64,000 nt of DNA from Bacillales bacterium (GCA_020633845.1 JACKCW010000002.1:14332-78331), one strand, 5' to 3'; numbered from the stretch's first letter, positions 47,086 through 56,896 are shown. Notes: generated by a model not told the origin, from the letters alone. Numbers and translations are program-made.

Positions 47086-47161
47086 GAAAAAACAAGAAAA
47101 AAGTCTAGAAACAATGTAGTTGCTCAAATATTTATAAAAATAGAGAAGTTCATTCGTTTAT

Positions 47162-47767
47162 TTATGCACTAATTATAATCAGTCCCATGGCTTTATATGT
47201 ACTGAATTCAGCATAAACGAGATAATAAGTCCCATCTTCAAGAGCACCAGGGTTGTCTCCCCAAGTTCCTTCTCCGTCAGTGGCAGTTTCCTGATAAGGA
47301 GGCATATAAAGAGTATCCGGTGTTAAATTGGTAATAGCTCCAGATTCTTTATTTTGTGCCCAGAAATCGATAGTATCAGGATCGTCTTTGGCAGTTCTAA
47401 CAACTTTAATGGCTTGGTTTCCGTCGAAAGTAACGGTTTCGCCATCAATTTTGTACTCAAATGTCCAGCCAGCTCCTTCTCCCTGAAGGGCAACCTGAAG
47501 TACATAAACGGCAGTAGCACCTTTAAGTTCAGCTTTAATTGATGCAACTCTTTCGTCGTTAATAGCGATAGCAGTCATCTTGTAAGTTTCATCTCCAACC
47601 GCCGTTTCCCAACCATTGAATTGTCCTACTGCATAGTAGTCTTTTAATTCATTTTCAAGAACAACTTCATTATATGGATCATCTGTTGTTCCGCCTAAAA
47701 TAAAATCACAGCCGGAAAGTAAAAATGTGCAAATAAAAGCAAATAAAATCATAAATATTTTTTTCAT
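47162..47767 (-). CDS. Stand-alone CBM-like domain lipoprotein (copy 3, with its own signal peptide)
   Basis: Start MKKIFMILFAFICTFLLSGC (AAGGTGA SD), with the same GQFNGW...FEYKIDGE domain. The ORF-track start at 47788 is probably too far upstream. Confidence 0.7.
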   Translation of the reverse strand: MKKIFMILFAFICTFLLSGCDFILGGTTDDPYNEVVLENELKDYYAVGQFNGWETAVGDETYKMTAIAINDERVASIKAELKGATAVYVLQVALQGEGAGWTFEYKIDGETVTFDGNQAIKVVRTAKDDPDTIDFWAQNKESGAITNLTPDTLYMPPYQETATDGEGTWGDNPGALEDGTYYLVYAEFSTYKAMGLIIISA

Positions 47768-47810
47768 TATTTCACCTTGATGTAGCACTCGTTGTAATAT
47801 AGTTTAATGA

Positions 47811-48578
47811 TTACGCTTTAATTAGTTTATTTTTCGCCTTTATATCTTTAAGAATAAAAGGAAGATGAATTAATCCTTCAAGAGTAAAAGCCAATAATAC
47901 ATACTTAATAATATACATAACATACCCTTGATTAAGGTTTAAATACGGAAGACCATCGATTGGCGCATCGGCCGTAAAACAGAAATTATAGTACGAACCC
48001 CCGGTTGATAACATCGAGTTCATATAAATTGAACCGATAAAAACGGCAAGAAGAATTAAAATAGTGTGTCCTAGATCTACGGCATGAATATCAACATACT
48101 TGTAAACCACAATCGAAAGACCGAATGTTAAAAGACAAGCATGATAGATGAAATATTCATATGCTAGATAAGACGTAAATGAACACGACGAGATAGTAAC
48201 AATAAATACCGGAAGTATACCACTAAAAACACCTGTCGCAAAAACAAAGGCTAAAAGTGTGTGTCTCACATTCTCTTTTTTAGTTAATAAAGCCGCTAAA
48301 ATAAAAAACGGTTGGATAGAACAAAGTTGAAAAGGAAGGCCGAGTTTGCTTAATATGTAATGCCCGGTTTCTTCATAAGTCATTTGTATGAAATACGCAT
48401 ATTTCATTAATTCGGAAACTAAAGAAACACAAAGCATTATTATCATCAAAGTTTTAAGTGACGGTTTGAATTTTCCGATTAATACCATCCCCGAGACCGC
48501 GATAACAAAAACAATGCCGATCCAAAGTAAATGAGCTCCTCCATAAGCTCCGTCTGTCAGTAATAAATTGATTTGCAT
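47811..48578 (-). CDS. Polytopic membrane protein (YwaF/TMEM164-like?)
   Basis: About seven TM helices and an LPFQLCS motif reminiscent of the YwaF family. I prefer the start MQINLL. Confidence 0.45.
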   Translation of the reverse strand: MQINLLLTDGAYGGAHLLWIGIVFVIAVSGMVLIGKFKPSLKTLMIIMLCVSLVSELMKYAYFIQMTYEETGHYILSKLGLPFQLCSIQPFFILAALLTKKENVRHTLLAFVFATGVFSGILPVFIVTISSCSFTSYLAYEYFIYHACLLTFGLSIVVYKYVDIHAVDLGHTILILLAVFIGSIYMNSMLSTGGSYYNFCFTADAPIDGLPYLNLNQGYVMYIIKYVLLAFTLEGLIHLPFILKDIKAKNKLIKA

Positions 48579-48672
48579 ATGAACCCCCATAGTAAATATT
48601 CACATAGTTAGAATTCTATCACAACTAGAATAAAGAGTGAACACAAAAAAAGAAAAGACCGCCGAAACGGTC

Positions 48673-50289
48673 TTATCTGAGTATAACTGAGGTATGAGGA
48701 GCGATTGTCAGAATCGATCCGGAAAGGGTCGCATCTCCACTTCCGATGACAGCTGCAATAAATGTAAAGTTGAAGTCGGTTCCTTTTGAGAGATCAATTG
48801 TCAAAGTCGTAGAATAGGAAGTATTGTGAAATACACCCACCGTTCTTCCCTCATATGTAGAAAGAAAACCGCCAAAAGTTGTATAGTTCGCAAAATTAAG
48901 GGCAGTGTATTCGCCTAAAGCTATTTCCGGGTTGCATTTTCTAATAATAAGCAATTTTTTATAGTAGTTATAAAGGCTTGTCTTATCCTTCTTCTGTTCT
49001 TTAACTGTTCCGTTTGTCTGAAGCGAAGAATCATAAGTGGCACCGACAGGATCTTCAACCGTATCGTTATCGCCCCAAAGCATAGCCAGTCTCCGGTTGG
49101 CATCGGTGTTTTCGGTGCCTCTTGAACCTTTCATGCCAATCTCTTCGCCATAATAGATAAATGGCGTACCATAGGTCAAAATGTAAAGGTTGGCCGCCAT
49201 TTGCATTTCGCCTTCCTTAATTGATAAGTAGCCGGCAGCTCTATTCATATCGTGGTTAGATATAAAAGGGGTAAGAATTGCATCAGGATTAACTATTTCC
49301 ACCGAGTTTCTGTACTGTGATAAGTAACTAACATAACTGTTTACGCTTTCGTATTGTTTAGCGCAACTAGTAATAGCGCCATCGCTTCCAGACATCCCGA
49401 AATCAAAACAACTTATTGCCTCATAGTAGGAGGCAATTTCGCCGTCATTTGACCAATCTTCTCCGACTAAATAATAGTCATCGCTATATTTTTGGCATTC
49501 GCTGTCGACCCATTTTAGAAATTCAATATTTTTAGCATCGTCGCCGAGATAAAAATATTTGACAGCATCTAAGCGAAATCCGTATACTCCGACATCTTCC
49601 ATCCAGTATCTAATGATTTCGGATATTTCCGCTTTAACATCCTCGTTATCAAGATTAAGTTCCGGCATGCTGCGATCAAAATTTGCTTCATAGTAATAAC
49701 CATTTGAAAGAGCATAGTATGTTTTTCCGGTTTCTTCTTGATCTTCAGTGACTATTGAATAATAACTTATATACTTGTTTGAATAATCGCCTTCGCTTAT
49801 CGCCTTTGATGCTGTTTTAAACCAAGCGTTTAATGTCGATGTATGGTTAAGAACAAGGTCGATAATAACGTGCATATTTCTATCGTTGCATTCATTAACA
49901 AGATTAATCATATCTTCATTAGTTCCATAGGAACTATCAACACTCATATAATCAATCACATCATATTTATGATAGCTTCCAGCCTTCATTATCGGCATCA
50001 ACCATATACCGTCAACACCAAGGGATTTGCCGCTTGAAGGGTCGCCGTCATTCAGATAATCAAGACGGTTAATAAGACCATTGATATCACCGATTCCGTC
50101 CCCGTCGGAGTCGCTATAGGCTCCGACGAAGATTTCATAGTAAACGGAATTATTCCCGGTATCGTAAACAATTTCAGAACCATTACTATCGGTCAGAAAA
50201 GTATAATCGGTTATCTTTATTTCTCCGCAGCCGGATAAAAAGAGGATAAAAAGAATTAAGAGTGGAAGGATTAAAAATTTCTTTTTCAT
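48673..50289 (-). CDS. GH13 alpha-amylase-family lipoprotein
   Basis: Lipobox LFLSGC plus GH13 regions DLVLNHTS, GFRLDAVKY, VGEDW and FISNHD. Confidence 0.88.
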   Translation of the reverse strand: MKKKFLILPLLILFILFLSGCGEIKITDYTFLTDSNGSEIVYDTGNNSVYYEIFVGAYSDSDGDGIGDINGLINRLDYLNDGDPSSGKSLGVDGIWLMPIMKAGSYHKYDVIDYMSVDSSYGTNEDMINLVNECNDRNMHVIIDLVLNHTSTLNAWFKTASKAISEGDYSNKYISYYSIVTEDQEETGKTYYALSNGYYYEANFDRSMPELNLDNEDVKAEISEIIRYWMEDVGVYGFRLDAVKYFYLGDDAKNIEFLKWVDSECQKYSDDYYLVGEDWSNDGEIASYYEAISCFDFGMSGSDGAITSCAKQYESVNSYVSYLSQYRNSVEIVNPDAILTPFISNHDMNRAAGYLSIKEGEMQMAANLYILTYGTPFIYYGEEIGMKGSRGTENTDANRRLAMLWGDNDTVEDPVGATYDSSLQTNGTVKEQKKDKTSLYNYYKKLLIIRKCNPEIALGEYTALNFANYTTFGGFLSTYEGRTVGVFHNTSYSTTLTIDLSKGTDFNFTFIAAVIGSGDATLSGSILTIAPHTSVILR

Positions 50290-51195
50290 CTATTTGACAG
50301 ATCCGGCTGTCACTCCTTCGATATAGTATTTCTGCATCGAAAGGAAGAGGGTTACAATCGGTACGGCAACGCAGGTACAGCCTGCGCAGAACACCGTAAA
50401 GTTGTTGGAATCCACTCTGTTTCCATAAAGCATATCGTAAAGTCCGACTGCAACCGTCAGTAATTCTTTGTTTTCGACGCCAAGAATGACTCTTGCGAAA
50501 ATGAAGTCCATCCAAGGGCCGGTAAAAGACAATAAAGCCGTATAAATAATTATCGGTTTGGATAAAGGTAAAATTATTTTAAAGAATACCTGGGCATTAG
50601 TCGCTCCGTCTAGCCTAGCTGATTCGATTAAGGAATCTGGTATAACATCAAAGAATCCTTTTGCAATATAGAATCCAAGACCGGCACCGGCCGAATTAAC
50701 AAGAATGAGGGCAAAAAGCGATTGCGTAAGGTGCATTGACTTTAATATGTAATAAACGGCTATCATACTCATAAAACCAGGGAAAAGGCCGAGTATCATC
50801 GCAAATCTCAAGTAGGTTCTTCTCCAGCTAAATTTAATTTTACTCATTACATAAGCTACGCAAAGAGTGAAAATAGTGGAAATGATACAAGAGAAAGTTG
50901 AGACAAAGAGAGTATTTAAAAACCAAGTCGGAAAATAAGTTTCGGTAAATAGTATTTTGAAATTCTCGAAACCGAATCCAGTCGGCCAATAATTGGACAC
51001 GACGATACCGATTAAATTTCCGGAATCGTTATATTCGACACGAAAAGCGTTTAAAACTATCCATAGGATAGGATATAACCAAATGACCGAAAGTAGAATT
51101 AAAACGATGTAGGCAAGAGCGTTGGATATTCTTTGTTGTGTTTTGTAACTCTTGCTTCTTTTATTGAGACTAATCACATTATCATGTTTAATCAT
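50290..51195 (-). CDS. malG: Maltose/maltodextrin ABC transporter permease (MalG-like)
   Basis: EAA loop ESARLDGATNAQVFFKIILPLSKP. Confidence 0.8.
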   Translation of the reverse strand: MIKHDNVISLNKRSKSYKTQQRISNALAYIVLILLSVIWLYPILWIVLNAFRVEYNDSGNLIGIVVSNYWPTGFGFENFKILFTETYFPTWFLNTLFVSTFSCIISTIFTLCVAYVMSKIKFSWRRTYLRFAMILGLFPGFMSMIAVYYILKSMHLTQSLFALILVNSAGAGLGFYIAKGFFDVIPDSLIESARLDGATNAQVFFKIILPLSKPIIIYTALLSFTGPWMDFIFARVILGVENKELLTVAVGLYDMLYGNRVDSNNFTVFCAGCTCVAVPIVTLFLSMQKYYIEGVTAGSVK

Positions 51196-52580
51196 TGGAA
51201 AGCATCCTCCTGTTTAAACGCCTTGGAGCGGGAATAGAAAATAAGCGTGATAGATGCGGTAATTATGAAGGTCATTATCGAAATTACGGCCCCCATATTA
51301 TACTCGTTTTCATCAATAGTCAGTTTGTATAACCAAGTAACCAAGAGGTCTGTTTCGCCGGCTTTGAAGCCTGGATTAGTCGGGCCGCCGCCGGTAAGCA
51401 GGTAAATGATATTGAAACTCGTTATATTACCGACAAATGAACTGATTAAATACGGAGTAGTTACAAACAGAATATAAGGGAAGGTTATTTTCCAGAATGT
51501 CTGTCTTCTTGTTGCTCCGTCAACCGTTGCGGCTTCATATAGATCCTTTGGGATATTCATCAGGATACCCGATGTTTGAAGCATAGTATAAGGTATTCCT
51601 ATCCAAAGGTTAATTAAAAGAACCATGCCTCTCGCCGTAAATTCATTTGCGGCCTGATCTAAAAATTCCACCGGTGAGGCTAAAATACCCAGTTTTACCA
51701 GTAGTGTATTAACGGGTCCCAAATTACCCAATATTTTTCTTACAGCTAGAAGTGTAATAAACTGTGGAAGAGCGATAGTGAGAATAAAAATAGTTCTCCA
51801 TAAAACCTTAGCTTTAATTCCGCGTTTATTAATTAGTATACCCAAAAATATACCTAAGAAATAGTTAGAGAAAGTGGCGATAAAGGCCCAAACAAAAGTC
51901 CATCCTAAAACCGGAAAAAACATAGTTCCGATTTCTGATGCCGAACCGTTAAATATTTGGGCAAAATTGGAAAATCCGACCCAGTCAACCAAATTCTGAC
52001 CGGTATGAAGACTATCATAATTAGTGAATGCGATTAAAATCATAAAGATAGTCGGAAGTAAAGTAAAGATGAGAATGCCGACCATTGCCGGAATCATCAT
52101 GGTAAGATGGAATTTGGAATCGGTAAGATCGTGTAAATCTTCCTTAAAATTGGAAACCTTCTTTCCTTCCTTAAGCAGCATATCATTATGGTATGAACTT
52201 TTGGTGTTCGATACATATAATGCGAGATAAAGGAATGTAATTCCTATCATGAGTACTCCAAAAAGGAGCATCAGCATTGAATTATCGGCAGCGGTATTAA
52301 TGTCTCCGGGATTATCTCCAAGAGTTATAAGATTAGCAAAGGCTTTATATCCAAATGGAGTTGAATTTATTTCCGGGCATAGAACCATCAGTAAAACAAA
52401 ACCGACCTGGCATACCAAGAAAATCATGCCCTTCCAAATCTGTCCTCTCGCCAGGTTTCCGAATCCCATAATCAGATAAGATATTTTGGTATAAATCGAA
52501 CCGCGAACAAATCTGTCATAAAAATTCTTGAAACCTTTTCCGATCTTTTTGAAGACATTTGGTTTTTTCTTTTTTGTCAT
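51192..52580 (-). CDS. malF: Maltose/maltodextrin ABC transporter permease (MalF-like)
   Basis: EAA loop EAATVDGATRRQTFWKITFP; 462 aa. Confidence 0.8.
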   Translation of the reverse strand: MTKKKKPNVFKKIGKGFKNFYDRFVRGSIYTKISYLIMGFGNLARGQIWKGMIFLVCQVGFVLLMVLCPEINSTPFGYKAFANLITLGDNPGDINTAADNSMLMLLFGVLMIGITFLYLALYVSNTKSSYHNDMLLKEGKKVSNFKEDLHDLTDSKFHLTMMIPAMVGILIFTLLPTIFMILIAFTNYDSLHTGQNLVDWVGFSNFAQIFNGSASEIGTMFFPVLGWTFVWAFIATFSNYFLGIFLGILINKRGIKAKVLWRTIFILTIALPQFITLLAVRKILGNLGPVNTLLVKLGILASPVEFLDQAANEFTARGMVLLINLWIGIPYTMLQTSGILMNIPKDLYEAATVDGATRRQTFWKITFPYILFVTTPYLISSFVGNITSFNIIYLLTGGGPTNPGFKAGETDLLVTWLYKLTIDENEYNMGAVISIMTFIITASITLIFYSRSKAFKQEDAFQ

Positions 52581-52638
52581 AAATATCTCCTTAAAAGCGA
52601 AAAAAGCAGGGATCTGCTTTTTTCTTAATTTTGTCTAA

Positions 52639-53997
52639 TTAGTTTTGTGCTCCGGTTTTCCAAATTGTTTCACATGTCTGAAGACAACTTAGAATTGATG
52701 CATCGTCCGGATAAGCGTTATCCGTATTTTTAAGCATAGCGTAGATAAGATCCGGTGCGCCTTTAGAATAAAACCATGTGTTATATTTTTGAACATAACC
52801 AAACGGCTGAGCGATTCCGTAATTAAACATCTCTATTTCGCAGGAGGCAAGTTTAGCTGCTAAAGTGTCGGCGCTCATTGCTGCAAATTCATCAGCGGCG
52901 TTTTTATATGCCGGCAGGTTTGCGCAAGTTTCAAATGACTGTTCCTGAACGCTAACGCTTGAAAGATAAATGAGAATGTCTTCAAGATATGCTTGATAGT
53001 CGCTGCCTTTTTTCATAACAAAGCATTTGCAGTCGGTGAAAGTGCCGCTTTGATAAACAGTTCCGGCAGCAATTGTTCCGTATGCATCAGCATTAGTTAT
53101 AGTAAATTCCGGCAGAACGGCGATTCCAAGATTACTGCCAAGAGCGGCTAGAGCAGCATTGTAGTTCCATGCGCCGCCGATTAAGCACAGCGAGTATTCG
53201 TCTTTCAGTTCTTCTTCCCATCCGGATGATCCGGCTTGGTCAATACCGCCGCTTGTAAGTTGGAAATATCTTCTTCCCCATTTCATTGCGGCTATTGTGT
53301 CGTCACCTGTCGCATAGCATGCTGAGGCTACACCATTTTCATAAAGTTGAACGCTAGTTGTAAGTTCATTAGAAGAATTATAGTATTCGGACAAAAGCAA
53401 GAATGAATTATTGTATCCGTCAGTTCCGAGGATGGTTGCGGCTTTTACTTCGTGCCCGACTGTACTGCTATAAGCGATCGCTTTAGCGGAAATTCCTTCC
53501 CAAGTTTGTACATCTTCAGCGGTTAAAACGCTGGAATTATAATATAAAACTAAAGATTGAGACACATATGGAACGGCAAAATAATAAGTAGTTCCGTCGA
53601 CGGTCGATTTAGATACATCGAGGAAAGTCTGAGGATTGTCGGCTTCCATTTGTGCAATTAAAGCTTGATTGGTAATGGCGGCAATTGAAGATGACCCGGC
53701 GGTTAATTTACCCAAATTATCATGAGGAATAGTGAAAATGTCTGGTCCCGCTTCCGTATCATCTAAGAATTGTGCCGCAGCGGCTCCGCTGTCGACTCCT
53801 TTTACTACTATCTCAGAAGGGAAGTTTTCATCGTGTGTCGCATTATAATTCTCGACATAGTCATCAACCATTTGCTGATAGAATTCCTGAGATTCGGTTC
53901 CAACCCAAATCGTCAAGCTTTTCTTACCGCAAGCAGTTAATGAAAACGCTAACATCAATACTAATGCCAGTGACAGTAACTGTGCTATCTTTTTCAT
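52639..53997 (-). CDS. malE: Maltodextrin-binding lipoprotein (MalE/MdxE-like)
   Basis: Lipobox SLTACG, SBP family 1-like sequence, and the first gene of the operon. Confidence 0.75.
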   Translation of the reverse strand: MKKIAQLLSLALVLMLAFSLTACGKKSLTIWVGTESQEFYQQMVDDYVENYNATHDENFPSEIVVKGVDSGAAAAQFLDDTEAGPDIFTIPHDNLGKLTAGSSSIAAITNQALIAQMEADNPQTFLDVSKSTVDGTTYYFAVPYVSQSLVLYYNSSVLTAEDVQTWEGISAKAIAYSSTVGHEVKAATILGTDGYNNSFLLLSEYYNSSNELTTSVQLYENGVASACYATGDDTIAAMKWGRRYFQLTSGGIDQAGSSGWEEELKDEYSLCLIGGAWNYNAALAALGSNLGIAVLPEFTITNADAYGTIAAGTVYQSGTFTDCKCFVMKKGSDYQAYLEDILIYLSSVSVQEQSFETCANLPAYKNAADEFAAMSADTLAAKLASCEIEMFNYGIAQPFGYVQKYNTWFYSKGAPDLIYAMLKNTDNAYPDDASILSCLQTCETIWKTGAQN

Positions 53998-54034
53998 TTT
54001 TTCTCCTTTATTAAGACTGTTGTTTACAAATAAA

Positions 54035-54062
54035 ATTATAACATAGAAGCCCGATAATGCAA
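54035..54062 (-). promoter_or_regulatory. Promoter of the malEFG-amylase operon (TTGCAT-16-TGnTATAAT)
   Basis: On the minus strand the -35 lies at 54062..54057 and the extended -10 TGTTATAAT at 54043..54035. Confidence 0.5.
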
Positions 54063-54207
54063 CACAATACTTGCACCTAATGTTTAGTTTAAAACATAAT
54101 AATGTTTATCTTTCATAAGTAAATTCAACGAGAGGCAAGGAATAATATACATTGTTGATTTTTGATGCGATAAATATTACAATAAAATTAAATAAAGGAG
54201 ACAATTT

Positions 54208-56886
54208 ATGAGAAAGAACATTACAAAAGTTTTTCTGCTTTTTGTGTTGTTGCTTCCTTTTGTCCTTGTCGGATGCACAAAAACGACAGCGACAAGTAGT
54301 CCGACAACTGTTAGCACCGAACCTTTTGACGGTGCCTATGTATATTTACACTATTACCGTTATCAAGCCGATTACAGTGACTGGGATCTTTGGGGTTGGG
54401 CATATAAACCGGTAGGGAAAGACGGAGCGGCCTATAGTTTTACTGAGGACAACACTGAAGACTCTTATGGCGGCGTTGTTTGTTCCATACCTTTAAGCGG
54501 CGATCTTGAAGGATGTACACAAATCGGTTTTATTATTAGAAAAGGAGGAGATAGTTGGACGGATAAAGACATTTCTTCCGATCGTTATATAATCATTCCT
54601 GACGATATATCTAAAGACAATCCTCTTAATGTATACGTTATTGAGAACGAAGCGGAATTCGGATATTCCTTAGAAGAAGCTCCGGATAAAACAGAGAAAT
54701 TTACCAGCGCCTATTTCTCTGATACCAATAAAATCTATATAAGCGCAACCGGAACCATAGCCAAATCTTCTTTGGAATTATATAAAAATGATTCGGAGGT
54801 CGCAATAGCGGAAACCACCCTTGCGATAAACGGATTCTCCGGAACTATTACAATCGGGGAAAATGTTGATTATAATGCGGTTTATACCTTAAAAGGTACT
54901 TTTTCGGTACAACAAACCATTAACGTTACCTTCCAAGGCCTCTATGATAATGAAGGTTTTATTGAAGCGTTTGCCTACGACGGAGACGATCTCGGGGCAA
55001 TTGTTCAAAACGACGGATCGACTACCTTTAGAGTTTGGGCCCCGGTTTCTTCTTCGGTTAAACTCAACTTATACAGCACCGGCACTATCCTTGCGGACAG
55101 CACCGCAGGACACATTGGAACCGATACTCCGACTGAAACAATTGATATGACAAAATCAGTTAAAGGAACCTGGTACTATGAAAGCACAGAAAATCTTCAT
55201 GGTACCTATTATACTTACTCTGTAACAAATGGAAACAGCACTAATGAAGTTGTTGACCCTTATGCCAAAAGTTGCGGTTTGAATGGGGAAAGAGGGTTAG
55301 TGGTTGATTTTTCCGAGACAAACCCGGATGGGTGGAATTATGATGAAAGAGCGAATTCAGTGGTTGATTATACCGATTCTATAATTTATGAAATGCATGT
55401 CAGAGATTTTTCTATTGATGATACTTGGGATGGAGACAGTTCTTTAAAAGGCACATATTTAGCCTTGGCCGAAACTGGAACCACTTATGACTCCTATACT
55501 ACCGGTTTCGATCATTTAAAAGAAATGGGCGTCACCTCGGTACAAATCCTTCCATTCTTTGATTGGAGTGACGGAGTAGATGAGAGCCAAATGGACAGCG
55601 AGACATCAAAAAAATACAGTTGGGGTTATATGCCTTTAAACTATAACTGTCTAGAAGGCAGTTACTCTAGCGATCCTTGGGACGGTTTATCCAGGATTAC
55701 CGAATTTAAAGAGGTAGTAATGGCTTATACCGCCGCCGGCATTAGAATTAATATGGATGTTGTTTATAACCATACCGCACAGTCAGGCGATTCTAATTTC
55801 AATCTTATCGTCCCCGGCTATTATTACCGATTAACTACTGACGGAGCCTTCTCAAATGGTTCCGGATGTGGAAACGAAACCGCGAGCGAAAGATATATGA
55901 TGAGAAAATTTATTTTAGATTCTACCGAATTCTGGGCTACCGAATACAACATATCTGGTTTCCGTTTCGATCTTATGGGTCTTGAAGATATCGAAACCAT
56001 GAATGAGGTCAGTGCTAATCTTCACTCCATCGATTCAACCATTACTGTTTACGGCGAACCTTGGACCGGAGGGACTTCTACTCTTGCAAGCAGCGACCAA
56101 GCAATTAAAACACATATGTCAGAATTAACCGGGGTTGCCGCTTTCAACGATAATTTCCGCAATGGCGTTAAAGGCAGTGTATTTGATGCGGAAGCCGGCG
56201 GCTATGTCGAAGGCGTTTCTTCTTCGTCCGTTATAAGTGCCGTTAAAAACGGCATCCTAGGCAAGTTTTCGGAAACAAACGGAAATCCTTCTCAAGTTAT
56301 TAACTATGTCGCTTGCCATGATAATAATACTCTTCACGATAAACTGGTACAAGCTTGTCCTGATGCCACTGATAGAGAAATACTTACAATGGCCAAACAA
56401 GCTTACTCTTTTGTCTTATTGTCGCAGGGTATCAGTTTTATTCATGCCGGAGACGAATTCCTAAGAGCCAAAGTAAAATCAGACGGAACCTATGATTCCA
56501 ATAGTTATAATTCCGGAGACGAAGTAAATGGTATTGACTGGAGTTTAAAGGAAACCAATATTGAACTATGTGATTATATTGAATACTTAATCTCTTTTAG
56601 AAATGAACATACCTCATTTAAACTAGATACTAACGAAGAGGTTTCCGCGTCCATTACCTTCTTAGAAACTACCGGAAGTGTTATAGCTTATACCATTAAC
56701 AACAGTGTTTCTAATGATTCCTATGGAACTATTCTTGTGATATTTAGCAATGTCGGCACTACTTTCGCTTTGCCGACCGGCGCCGATTGGAATTTATGCG
56801 GAGAAGTGACTGTTCAACAGATTTTTGCGGGCGGCAGTCCAATCAATCTCCAAGCTAACGAAACATATGTTTTCTATCACAGTTAA
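54208..56886 (+). CDS. pulA: Type I pullulanase lipoprotein (CBM41 + CBM48 + GH13)
   Basis: Lipobox VLVGC, CBM41-like YLHYYRYQADYSDWDLWGW, CBM48 TTFRVWAP, and GH13 regions VVYNHT, GFRFDLMG, YGEPW and ACHDN. Confidence 0.9.
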   Translation: MRKNITKVFLLFVLLLPFVLVGCTKTTATSSPTTVSTEPFDGAYVYLHYYRYQADYSDWDLWGWAYKPVGKDGAAYSFTEDNTEDSYGGVVCSIPLSGDLEGCTQIGFIIRKGGDSWTDKDISSDRYIIIPDDISKDNPLNVYVIENEAEFGYSLEEAPDKTEKFTSAYFSDTNKIYISATGTIAKSSLELYKNDSEVAIAETTLAINGFSGTITIGENVDYNAVYTLKGTFSVQQTINVTFQGLYDNEGFIEAFAYDGDDLGAIVQNDGSTTFRVWAPVSSSVKLNLYSTGTILADSTAGHIGTDTPTETIDMTKSVKGTWYYESTENLHGTYYTYSVTNGNSTNEVVDPYAKSCGLNGERGLVVDFSETNPDGWNYDERANSVVDYTDSIIYEMHVRDFSIDDTWDGDSSLKGTYLALAETGTTYDSYTTGFDHLKEMGVTSVQILPFFDWSDGVDESQMDSETSKKYSWGYMPLNYNCLEGSYSSDPWDGLSRITEFKEVVMAYTAAGIRINMDVVYNHTAQSGDSNFNLIVPGYYYRLTTDGAFSNGSGCGNETASERYMMRKFILDSTEFWATEYNISGFRFDLMGLEDIETMNEVSANLHSIDSTITVYGEPWTGGTSTLASSDQAIKTHMSELTGVAAFNDNFRNGVKGSVFDAEAGGYVEGVSSSSVISAVKNGILGKFSETNGNPSQVINYVACHDNNTLHDKLVQACPDATDREILTMAKQAYSFVLLSQGISFIHAGDEFLRAKVKSDGTYDSNSYNSGDEVNGIDWSLKETNIELCDYIEYLISFRNEHTSFKLDTNEEVSASITFLETTGSVIAYTINNSVSNDSYGTILVIFSNVGTTFALPTGADWNLCGEVTVQQIFAGGSPINLQANETYVFYHS

Positions 56887-56896
56887 GTCAATAAAA

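Larger units (their letters stand above)
46088..47645. repeat. Direct tandem repeat, 713-bp unit, about 2.2 copies
   Basis: 46088..46448 matches 46801..47161 with one SNP (46099/46812). 46309..46932 matches 47022..47645 with one SNP (46894/47607). The ORF track lists identical shadow ORFs at 46610/47323 and 46641/47354. Confidence 0.9.

Noticed and set aside
46610-47547. Pairs of identical short ORFs (46610..46834 = 47323..47547 and 46641..46829 = 47354..47542).
   Set aside because: They are duplicated only because they lie inside the 713-bp tandem repeat, out of frame or antisense to the lipoprotein genes. They are not independent genes, but they do serve as evidence for the repeat.
54058-54110. 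TGCAA-N8-TTGCA and repeated ATGTTTA half-sites in the malE/pulA divergent region as MalR operators.
   Set aside because: The arms are short, there is no central CG typical of LacI-family sites, and no regulator gene is in the window. I mention them under the starch locus finding only as a possibility.
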